A DNA stretch of 64,000 nucleotides from Podarcis bocagei (Eukaryota), in assembly GCA_964188305.1 (NCBI GenBank), contig OZ076901.1. One strand, 5' to 3'. A program made the position numbers and the translations under genes. The notes under the pieces are model-generated. The model was not told the DNA's origin. It did not search any database and worked only from the letters and a program-made list of their open reading frames with translations. This document shows positions 23,822 through 46,700 of the stretch, in pieces (position 1 is the stretch's first letter; every line of letters starts with the position of its first letter).

Positions 23822-26165
23822 CCAAGAGAGACTTCCTGGCTGGGCTCCAGCTCCCGGCCAACCTGCTGTCGGGCCCAGACTGGCCTGGGCACAGCACCTG
23901 CCCGACGGAGGCTGCTGCTTCTACAGCTCACCCTCAGCAGGACTGACTGGCCTAGGGGCCACGTTGTCTGTGACGTCCGCAGGAAGTTACCCAGAGCATT
24001 TTTTACCCCCTCAAACGGGACAGGAGAAACCAAGCCCTTTTTACTTGAACAGTCCATGACTGAGTCTGGATTAAATTTTGTACATATCGGCTACTTTCCC
24101 TTTCCCCATGTGAGCAGCCCCCTGTGGATCCCTCTTCCCTCCCATCCACCTTCTTGCCTTACCTCAACCTTTTCTGGCTGCCAAGGGAGGGCAGTGTGCC
24201 GGGAGGAGGCCAGCAGCGGTGTGCCAGTTTCCACCTGGAGCCCCCTCCCCTCTTCCTGGAGACAAGTGGCAGAAGGTTCTCCTGATCCAGGGCAGAGGCC
24301 CCCCACACCAAGGGCTTGGGGTCCTTTTCCGATGATGCTGTGGCCCACACCTCGCGCTCGCACCACCTTCAGAGCCCCTTTGCAGCTGGCAAAACCACCT
24401 TGCCGAGGCTCCATGGTTGCAGTCACTGTGCTGGGGGCCCTTCGCCGAAACACTAATCACTGTTCCTCCGTGGCTGGGACTCCCTCCGCAGTCAGGGAGA
24501 TGCTGGGGTGGAAGAGGTAGCTCCCCACCTCACCCCCTTGCTGCTGCTGCTTCACTTGAGCCCCTGCCCTCTTCCATCTCCCCCCCCCAAATCATCCGTC
24601 TGTCTGTTCTGCTCACAGAATGTGTTCTTTCTTTCCCTTTCCTTTTTTTTTCTCAATTGCTCTGTGAATCGAGTTTGGAGGAAGAATTTAATTGTATGTG
24701 TGGCGGCATGTTGGTAATGCCGGACTTGCTGTAAACATTTCTTTTGGGGGGTGGCTGTCTTGTCTCCAAGGGAGACGAACCCCGCCGAATTGGGTGTGGA
24801 CGTGGCTACGTGTGCCGAGTGGAGCCAAGCACTCGGGAGTTTTCAGACTGGGAGGCTGGCAGTGCTAAGCAGGGGGCGGCTCTGTGTGCATCATCTGGGA
24901 GGAGGAGAGAGGGGTGAAGCAAGGCCGCCCTCCCTAGCAGGGCTGCACAGCTCCAGTGCCTTTGACTCCCTGCACTGGATTTTGGTGGGAGAGAAGAGGC
25001 TCCAAGAGGGTTGCCATGGCACAACGTTGGCTGCCCTACTACACAGCACTGCTTGCAAGAGGCTCCAGCAAGCAAAAGAGCACCCCCTCCTCTTCTAAGG
25101 AGCTCCCTTCATTTTGGGACAGAACACCCCAGCTCCTCTCCCCCCCCCCCCGCCGCCTCCCTCTTGAAGTGCGAAAGCCCAGTGTCTGCCAGCTTTTTTC
25201 ATACAGTGGAGACAACGGTGTGAGAGTGTGTGCGTGAGCCTGCCTAATTCTAAATTTAAGAAAAAATATTTAAACATTTTTTAACAAAATGAAACTTTAT
25301 TTTTGTATTTAAGCTAAATTGCCTTTGAATTCCTTCAAGCTTGGTTCATAGAAGTGTGTGAAAGTGCAAAGCTGTTCATTAGGAAATTAGCTGGGGTGGG
25401 GAGCTCTGAGGAGCGGGAGGTGGCCGGCCTGCAACAGTCTCAGGCTGGGAGCCCCTCGCCTGCCTCTCCCCCCCCCATCCCATTCCATGTTCTTTTATAA
25501 TGTGGATGTGGCTTTGTCTGTCCTGTAATGCTTGAGAGCTCTTGCACATTTAGAGGGTGCCTGGCATGGGGAGTGAGTGTTTTGTCTGGGCCATTGGAGG
25601 GGCAGTAGCCAAAAGCTTCCATCCAACCCCTGGATGTGGGGTGGGGGAAGTTTCTAAAAGAACGAGGCTTCCACAGATCGCTGCCTTGTGCATAAATGAC
25701 ATTGGCATGCTGGTTAGTAAGCGGAGCAGTGCCTTGCTATGGGAATGGTGCTGTCTTTAAGAACCCCCTTTGTATCCCTCCCCCCCCCAAAAGAAACCCA
25801 ATTCTGTGAAAGTGGAGACAACAGGTGCTTCCTGAGCTCGGGCTGCCTCTCTCCCTTTACCTCAGTCACGTCTCTGCCCAGCCAGGTAGCCACCACATCC
25901 TGAGCTTGCTAAGGGAAACAGCTTGGGACCCTCCCCGCCACCCCAGGCTGCATCCTTTCCATTGATTGCGTGCAGAGTGCCAGCGTCAACTGTGTGAGTG
26001 GGATGACGTCTGTGAGGATGGGGAGAATGATTGACTTTTTTAAAAAAAGAAAACGTCGCAATGAAGACTTGGATCATTCCTGTTGAGGGTTTTAGCGTGA
26101 ATGTGCAATTTCTTTTCCTTGCTTATGTTGATTTAAAATAAAAACAAAACTGCTTGAGATGGAGA
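23822..26165 (+). other. Probable POM121 3' UTR with AATAAA at 26137-26142 and Pumilio-type element TGTACATA at 24079-24086
   Basis: Follows the TAG stop. AATAAA is followed by GU/U-rich sequence. Confidence 0.6.
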
Positions 26166-26705
26166 GTGTCTTTCTGTTTTAGCGGGAGGTATTTCCCAAA
26201 GGCGGCAACAGCCAACTCACCCCCGGGTTTTCCTGAATGATGGAGGGAGGCCTGCCCACTTCAGATGGATCTGCATAGCACAAAATTATTTCCTTATTTA
26301 TACTCCAGCAAAGGCAACACGCATGTCATTCCCAAGCAGGTAATAGGCCACTGACCTTGCTTAGCTTCAGTGAGGTTGGGTCTGTACCTGCAGACTGCAT
26401 GTTCTGGGCAGACAGAAGTAGCAAAGACCAGTAGTTTCAAGACAGCTCCTTCCCAGAGTAGAATTAAACAGTGCAGGGTGGGTGCCTTTTAAGTTACAGC
26501 ACCCACCACCCCAATAATGACCAGTCCATCTACCAACATCCTGTCATGATTCACAACACTCTGGAATAAATTGGAGAAGGGGGGAGAATAGCACTTCTGT
26601 GCAAGCTTTTATTCCAGAGCCTGCAAAGTTCTCTGGTGCCGACTTCCTATAGCAGAGTCTGTGTTGTCTTGTGATGGTCTTTACAAGTCAGTCCTGCAAG
26701 GCTTC

Positions 26706-33309
<6,604 letters not shown>

Positions 33310-35184
33310 GGCGCCAAGCTCTGAATACGCATGCGCAGGGAAAGGGAGCCGCGCATGCTCGCGGGTGGGTTAGCGGAGATGCTCGTAGAGCTGCGAATCT
33401 TAGACGTTCGTCGCTCGGCGAGTTTCCGGGTTCGATGTGGCATTCTTCACAGCCGCTAGCGCTTCCCAAAAAAATCCTCGGAGAGAAATCAAAGGCTTCG
33501 GCAGCACGCCGGCTTCAAGCTCCTCATCCCAATGCAGAACGATACGCAGTGTAACGCAGTGGTACGTGTCTACTTGGAATAACGGGGCTCCATTGAGTTC
33601 AGTGGCTCTTACTCCCAGGGAAGTATGTGTAGGGCTGCAGCCTGAAAAGACTTGTACTGTATACCGCTTTCAGCCTCAAAAGGCTCAATAAGTGGCTCAG
33701 TTATATAATCAGATTTCTTATCTGTGCCCCTGCCTTTACCATCAGGCCACACAGGTAAGACAGGACCATAAAGCAAGAAAAGTGCAAAAACGATTATAAA
33801 CAGTTCTATAGGTAAATTGAGAACAATTCTGTGTATAAAAACTATTCCAACGGTGACCAAAAAAACGTCTCAAATAAAACCAGGCACAGGACTTGAAATT
33901 CCCTGCTGACTTCCTAGGGAAGAAGGATAATCCAGGCAAAGTTGCAGCAAACAAGATTTTGGGGTTGAGCAACTGGAAGTCCCCCAAGCCCCTGCAGGAA
34001 GGAACTTGTCCCTTGGTGGGAATTGCTGACAGGGAGCAGCTCTGACCCCACTACACACACATCTGTCAAAGGCAGAGCCGGTCCTGGCACAAGGCCTACT
34101 TTCTAAGGGTCAGCACAACCAGGACCCTCAGCAGATAGCTGAGATGAAACTCTTTTTGAAAAATGCCCAGCAGAGACAGAGACAGAGACCTAGCTAGCTC
34201 CCACCAAACAGGTATCAGCCCAACACCTCTTGCTCACCCTCCCATTACTCCCTCATTTTCTTTTTGCAATTTTGGTGGCCATCAAGGAAACTTGGGGTTC
34301 ACTGAACCCCGAAAGGTCAGCAAGGCTGCTTTTGTACAACTTTATTTCTCTTCTCAGGAACATCAACATTGGAGACTTCAAGTCTACCCTGCAACAATAA
34401 GGCTGGAAAAAAGTAATGTCTGAGCCAGAAGTCTTATCTGTTGCCAGTTAGTCGGTAAGCGTAAAGAAGTCTTTGGCGCCTGATGGACAAATAAATTAGT
34501 GCCAGGCGTGGCCAAGCCAGGGTGTGTGGGGAGGAGAACAAATGTTTTGCAAGGTGAACATTCAAGGTAAATGTGCAGACGCATGAATGGGTGGATGTGC
34601 TGCTGACCTCTGATTTTTCACAGTAAGTTGTGTGGCTCGGAGTTCCCGCTTGGGGGACACATGGATTGATTTGAGGGGGTAGAAGTAGTTGACTCTTTGC
34701 GGACAGGAGCATTTCCCCAAAAGGAAGGGTCTCTGAATCCCAAGCCTTGGTGTTTTCTAAGCCCTGTGATTATGGGTGAAGGGCAAGTGAGCAAGGAAGG
34801 CGGAAAGCAAAAGGCAACTGAGCTGTGGAAGGTAAGGATGCTCTCCTTGGTCAACACAGGTTGGCAGCAATGACTTGCCAGGGCTTCAGATGGGGCTGCT
34901 CCCTGTCCTACCTGGAGATGCCAATGGGGATTGGACCAGGGACAGGTACTCTGCCACTGAGCAAAGGTCCTTCCCCAAGGTTGATGGGAGTCATCAGAGA
35001 CCAACCAACTCTGGAGGGCCACCACAGATTCACCATCTCTGCACTTAAGGGGGTTACAGTTCCTCTGTCACTCTAGCTTCCTCAGCATCTTTTAACTGTC
35101 CCTCTTCCACCACTGAAGAAAACACACACTATTCCCCTCTCAACTCTGTAATGCCATTCCCAAGCAAATTTGTTGCATCTCCTT

Positions 35185-40508
<5,324 letters not shown>

Positions 40509-41678
40509 GTGGGCAGTTCCTGCCTGCTGAGCTGCAGAGTGAGTGTCATTTTACTGCAGCTGCAGGGGAGAAAGGCACCAGCCACAGACTGCTCTGCTCC
40601 AAAGCATGGCAATCTGGACCAGAGAAATCCTGATCAAGGTGTAACTGGATTTGTATTCTCACAAGGGATCAGTCCTCACATATACAAGGTGGGCTCCAGA
40701 GGTCTGTTTGAGAACCTTTTGCCTTCAGCTCAGCTGATGGAGTCAGAACATAGCTGGTTAATCAAGGAGCCAAGTTAAGCATCTCAAGTGAGAGAGACAG
40801 CTCAATACCTTTTGGTGCCTGCTTTGAAGAAACCCAGTGATCCCCCAAGGAGGAGAACTTCCTTTTTTCTAGATGGCATGGTCCATGGATCAGCTCAGTC
40901 ATTCTCCCTGCTAACTGTCCTTGATGGCACTCTCAATCTGTTCAACCAACTCACCTTGCCTCTGGGCTGCCTCTAGGAAACATGCCAGTTAATTGATGCT
41001 TAAACTTCAAAGGCCCATTGCTTCCCTCTCTGCCTTTTAGTCTTCTTCACCAGGAAGTTTAAAGGCTAGATTTCATACAGCTTCCTGACACATTGCTACA
41101 ATCGTCCTGCATTTGCCAATGCCATGGGGCCACATTAAAAAGGGGGGAAGTTTAAAGGCTGAAACTGTCCTACCGATGTCTTTGAAAATGCTTTCCCATG
41201 ACATCCCTTTGGTCTGCCGCAAATGCACTTTAGAGGTTGCACCAGAGCATTATGTTTAATCCGTTTTAATGCACACTTTGCCAACATTGTGCCTTCAAGA
41301 TTACTTGGGCTAAAATGCCACAGCCAACTCAGCTCTATTATGCCTGTTTTGATGGGAGTACAGACATACTGGTCAGGACTGATGGCACTAGTTTGGGGAA
41401 GGCTGGTTATGGGTTGCTCTTAAGCAGGGGTGGAGAAGCTGTAGCCTTCCAGGTGTTTCCAAACCATAGCTCCCATCTTCTCCAGCCATTGGCCAAGCTT
41501 GCTGAGGCTGGTGGAAGCTGTAGTTCAGTAGCAACGGCAGCCCCATGGACTCCCCATGCCTGTTCTTAAGTGTTCTATCCTCCTTAGTCTGAAGCTTCCC
41601 TCTCTACCACTTCCTTTAGCACCTAAAAAGTGAGCTTTAGAAAGATTAAGAATTGACAGTCCCTACCTGCAGGCTGAA

Positions 41679-42034
41679 GGGACGCGGGTGGCACTGTGGG
41701 TTAAACCACAGAGCCTAGGACTTGCTGATCTGAAGGTTGGCAGTTTGAATCCCTGCGACGGGGTGAGCTGCCGTTGCTCGGTCCCTGCTCCTGCCAACCT
41801 AGCAGTTCGAAAGCATGTCAAAGTGCAAGTAGATAAATAGGTACCGCTCCGGCGGGAAGGTAAACGGCGTTTCCATGCGCTGCTCTGGTTTGCCAGAAGC
41901 AGCTTAGTCATGCTGGCCACATGACCCGGAAGCTGGATGCTGGCTCCCTCGGCCAATAAAGCGATATGAGCACCGCAACCCCAGAGTTGGTCACGACTGG
42001 ACCTAATGGTCAGGGGTCCCTTTACCTTTACCTT
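41679..42034 (+). mobile_element. Full-length Sauria SINE with (ACCTTT)n tail and 15-bp TSD
   Basis: Starts GGGACGCGGGTGGCACTGTGGGTTAAACC; tRNA-like head with B box; tail TTTACCTTTACCTT; TSD TACCTGCAGGCTGAA at 41664-41678 and 42035-42049. Confidence 0.9.
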
Positions 42035-42621
42035 TACCTGCAGGCTGAAAGGAACACAAGGAAAGGAGCCTAGAAATGGAAGAGGACCATTGAAGCAGTG
42101 GTTCCATCCATCCATCCAAGGAGCTTCAAGCAGCAAACATGAAGTTATCCAGATTTATTTTCCTCCTTTGTTTAGTAGACACCCAAAAAGTTTACCCAAG
42201 GTGGCTGAATTGTCCAGTTGTTTTTATACTAGCTTTGCTTCCCATGCTTTTGTAACATGTTCGATCAAGGGCTTTAAAAATTTTTGTATGTACCTAATTC
42301 TGCAGCCTCTAGGCAGTGTAGAAGGAGTAAACAAATATTCCTGTTGCAATTAAAGACTATTGTGATGCAGCCACGGTGCAACCTGACACAGTAGCAGAAT
42401 GGGAAATCCATTTTTATTCATCCTTCAGAAATACCGAGTTATTGCCAGCCTCCCGAACTACCAAAGAGTATCCACCACATGGTCCTTCCAGATGGTGAGG
42501 GATCTCACAGGGAGCAAATCCCACTGCTGGAAATGTCTGCTTTCTACTTGCAGTTTTTGTGCTTGTGCTCGAGGTGGGAAGAAGTCACTGAACGCACCAC
42601 CATCCATTCATGCTATACTTG

Positions 42622-42842
42622 GGTTGCTGATCCAAAGGTCAGCAGTTTGAATCCCCGTCACAGGGTGAACTCCCATTGCTCTGTCCCAGTTCCTGCCAAC
42701 CTAGTAGTTCGAAAGCAGACCATAGATAAATAGGTACCGCTGTGGTGGGAAGATGAGATAAGTGCCACACACTATAGTCTCCTTTGACTGGACTTAACCA
42801 TCCAGGGGTCCTTTACTTTTCACCTTTACCCTTTTACCTTAC
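42622..42842 (+). mobile_element. Older, internally deleted Sauria SINE copy
   Basis: Shares CAGTTTGAATCCC, CCTGCCAACCTAG, AGATAAATAGGTACCGCT and the ACCTT tail with the 41679 copy. Confidence 0.8.
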
Positions 42843-42981
42843 ATGTTGTTGGATTTTGTTGTTATTGTTTTGGCGGCTAATTTTTTATGATGACAAATGT
42901 TGTATTATGTAAACCAGTGTGCTTGTAAGCTATTTCAAGCTCCCCTGCCCCTCTTGCTGGACCAAAACGCATGAAATAAAC

Positions 42982-43067
42982 TTAGTTGGTCTTTAAGGTG
43001 CTACTGGAAGGAATTTTTTTATTTTGACTATGGCAGACCAACACGGCTACATATCTGTAACTGGAAC
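42982..43067 (+). mobile_element. Short Penelope-like fragment, same family as 7161
   Basis: Nearly identical to ~7210-7297. 12-bp TSD CATGAAATAAAC at 42970-42981 and 43068-43079. Confidence 0.75.
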
Positions 43068-43209
43068 CATGAAATAAACGAAGTTTAAGAATTGTCATGG
43101 TTTTGTGTCATGGAGAAAACTTTCTAAAAGATAGAACAGGGCAAAGTTTAAAATTTAAGTCAATGGGTAGCATCCAGTCTTAGTCACATTAGAGCAGGAT
43201 TCAAAAGAC

Positions 43210-43790
43210 ATGGCTAACTTTGGCGCATTAAATTTCTTTGGGCTTACTCTTGCAAGTTAATTGGGAGTAAAAAAACAAAAACAAAGCGACACCCACAGGG
43301 TATCTAGCATTAATGCCATGCCGTTATTATTAACTCGAGCTTCCTCGCGTTTAAAGCCGCTTCGGGAGCCCATTTTAGATGAAAAACGGGCGTGTCGGTA
43401 AATAAAAAAAACTCTGGGGGTGAGGACCCACTGCCCCATCATGCACCACGCTCGCTCCCCCCCCCCCCGCTCCACGGACGCTGCCGAGGGCACAGAATTG
43501 GCTCTGCCGCGGGGGCTGGGCGTGGCCTGGTTTGCGGCACGAGGCCTTGGCGGGGGCGTAGTCGGGAGGGGCGTACCGTGATTGGCCCGCGCGGTTTGGG
43601 CGGGAAGGCTGGGCCTCGCTGTGAGGATAAAAAAGGGCGACGGCGAGAGCAGCCGTTGCAGGATGAAGCCGAGAGGCGGTGGCCAGGAGGAGAGCTGGCA
43701 GGCGGGGGACGGGAGCGGCGCGGGGGGCTTCATGGTGAGCGTTGGTGTCTCTGGGCATGAGTAGAGTTCCTCCTGGCGCTCCCTCTACCC
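43210..43790 (+). promoter_or_regulatory. CpG-island promoter of FKBP6
   Basis: CpG-rich around exon 1. Inverted CCAAT boxes (ATTGG ~43497, 43581), GC boxes, E2F-type TTTGGCGC 43219-43226 and GGCGGGAA 43599-43606. Confidence 0.8.
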
Positions 43791-46700
43791 GAGAGGAGAA
43801 CAACAAAGGGATGGAACCTCTTTCCTTCAGCTTCTGCCTTCCCCCTTCGAAGATAGAGCCCAACTGATTGCTGAGTCTGAGCATGCGAGGAGTACATTTT
43901 CCCCTCAAAAAGAAAAGAGAAAGGGAAATTCCTCTTTTACTGCCTCAACCAACCTTAGCAGCTCAGGGCAACCTGAGGGGAGGCACCTGCTGAAATGAAA
44001 CGACAACAATAGGTGATACCTGCATTGCAGGGGGTTGGACTCAATGACCTTTGGTAGTCTCTTTCAACTGTAGGATTCAATGAAAAGCACAGCTTTGCTG
44101 TGAAAGAGAGGACTAGTAAAAAGCAAAACAAACCAATGCAGCAAAATATCAGTACCATAAGGACTGCCAAAGCCAGTGCAAATCAAGGTGTTCCCTTAAA
44201 AAAAAAAGCACTTATGCTACTGTTCATGTAGAATTAGCATGAACAATAAATATATCTTTAGGCAAGTCTCTTAATATATAATGTGTTGTATATATAGGTT
44301 TGCCTTTGGCAGTTTGGGCTAAATTTGAATTTATATAAGAGTCCAAAAAAGCCAAAGCTAGTTTACATAATACAGTATTTGCAAGTCTGTGCATCCATCA
44401 TAAATTTAAGGAAATGATCTACAGCCTTCTGTCTCCAATGTATGCCCTCTGCTTTCTTGGACTGGAGGTTTAATAACATTCTGTGACACGAGTGAGGCCA
44501 AGGATGTCTCCCAATGGCTGTCACTTATATGAGCACTGTGAGCACTTACTCACATTCTCCAGTTTCTGCAAGACTCATATTTGCAGGCATATATGTAATG
44601 GCCTCTGGCAACTGAGGAAAACAGTGGGCAAGTTCCAAAACCATTGGGAGATTTATGGGTGCTTCTGTTTTATTTTTAACATTTTTATAGCTAATTGTAG
44701 AGGGGTAGTGCATGATTTACACTTTGAGGGTGTATTATTTTTCTGTTTTATATATATCAGTCCATCAAATATATCAGAATGCTCCATTGTTTATTCTATG
44801 CTGTGGCTTTAAGCAATAGTTTCATTCATTAGGAAGTTGCCTTGTACTGAGTCAGAGTACTGCCAAGTGTTATCTAGGCTGGCTGATACTAGCTCTCCAG
44901 AGTTTCAGACTCGGAGGTCACTCCTCAACCCTGTCTGGAAGATCCTGTTGGGGATTGAACTTGGGAACTTCTACAAGCAAAGCAGGTCCTCTGCCACTGA
45001 GCTTTGACCCGATTTAAAAAGACATTTGAGGAAATCCATATTAATAATACAACATTAATGCTAATAATACAACAGAAGCCTGTCTTGGCATTAAGCAGTC
45101 CATAAATAACATTATGCTTTGCCATACCCTTTTTTCCAAAGTCTCCTTACCACCGGCTCGGTCAACGGATGCAGGATGTTACTGGAGACCATGGAGTGTT
45201 GAAAGAGATTATCCGTGCCGGCTCTGGTGAAACGGTGCCTCCTGATGCATCCATATTAGGTAAAAGAACCTTGTGCTGACAAGTCTATGGTTGTGGTGTT
45301 AAGCAGGCTTACCAAGGCAATGGGTAAGGCCCTCTAAATGCATAGTATTGCATTGAATAGCCACTGTCCCCTTTCCTGCTGTGGCCTGGATGTTAGTCCC
45401 TCCTCTTGCCAAAAGCTGCCTTGTGGTACCAATAGGAGCTGGGGTGTGAGAATGTGGGTCAGGACCATGTTGATGAAGGGGAAAGGATGAGCACTCTGCA
45501 CCACTGTTCTGTTTAAATGAGAAAAAAACTAGACATGTTCATGCCTAGTTTGGTCTTGGCGCAAATTAAAGTGGATTTTGTTCTTTTAACAAGCTAACTT
45601 GCCTTTTCAGTTGACATCTGCACCATCCAGTTTGACATTTGAATGGTGGTTTATACCACAAGTTATTGATTTCCATTAATTCCCTTTATAACCCCCCAAG
45701 AAGCACTTTAATGTGTGATTTAATATGGACTATGTGGAAGGATTCCCTGTGCACTTTCCCTCACAAGCTAATTCTAGCAATGTTGAGGGTGGCTTTCTGA
45801 ATCTGAATGTTAACATTTAAATAAGAGTGGTATTAGTACTTTAGCCAAGCATGGATTAAGTATTTAGCCAATGACCTAAAATCTCATGGGTGTACACTGT
45901 AGATTTTGTTTGTGGTTTCCATTTAATTGTTGTCGTTTAGTCGTGTCCGACTCTTCGTGACCCCATGAACCAGAGCACGCCAGGCACTTCTATCTTCCAC
46001 TGCCTCTCACAGTTTGGTCAAACTCATAAGCTGGTAGCTTCGAGAACACTGTCCAACCATCTCGTCCTCTGTCGTCCCCTTCTACTTGTGCCCTCCATCT
46101 TTCCCAACATCAGGGTCTTTTCCAGGGAGTCTTCTCTTCTCATGAGGTGGCCAAAGTATTGGAGCCTCAGCTTCAGGATCTGTCCTTGCAGTGAGCACTA
46201 AGGGCTGATTTCCTTAAGAATGGATAGGTTTCCATTTAATAAGCAACCCCAAACTCCCAGTTTGAAGCTGTTTTGTGCTTTTTAGCACCCAAAGAGTATG
46301 GTGGAAGTGAGCAGGTACTCTTTTGTCATACAGGTCCTTTAGACTTTAATGTAATATTCCCCAACTTGCTGCCCTTCGGGTGTTATGGACCACCATTCCT
46401 ATCAGTCCCATGGGACCCAGGCAGCAGGTTGGGAAAGACTGTTTTGCTGTGAGTAGCTTCTAAGGCTACTGGGGAGCCCTTAGGTTTTTGCCTTCAGGTT
46501 TTTAAATGAATGCAGGAAAATGTAGTTTGATGAATATTACAGAACCTGAAAAAGCATGAGCAAATGCTACACCATAATTCTAATTTTGCATTTTTTCCGT
46601 AATGGATGAAATTTATGTGCTCTCAGCAAGCTCCTGGGACAATACAGCATGGTTTATTGGAAACAAGGATTGCTAGTAGTTGTCTAGATTCAGGTAGGTG

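Noticed and set aside
33365-33460. GGTTCGA B-box-like motif and TAGCGG/CCGCTA pairing suggesting a tRNA or vault-like RNA
   Set aside because: No cloverleaf, no A box and no oligo-T terminator; it lies within the NSUN5 promoter.
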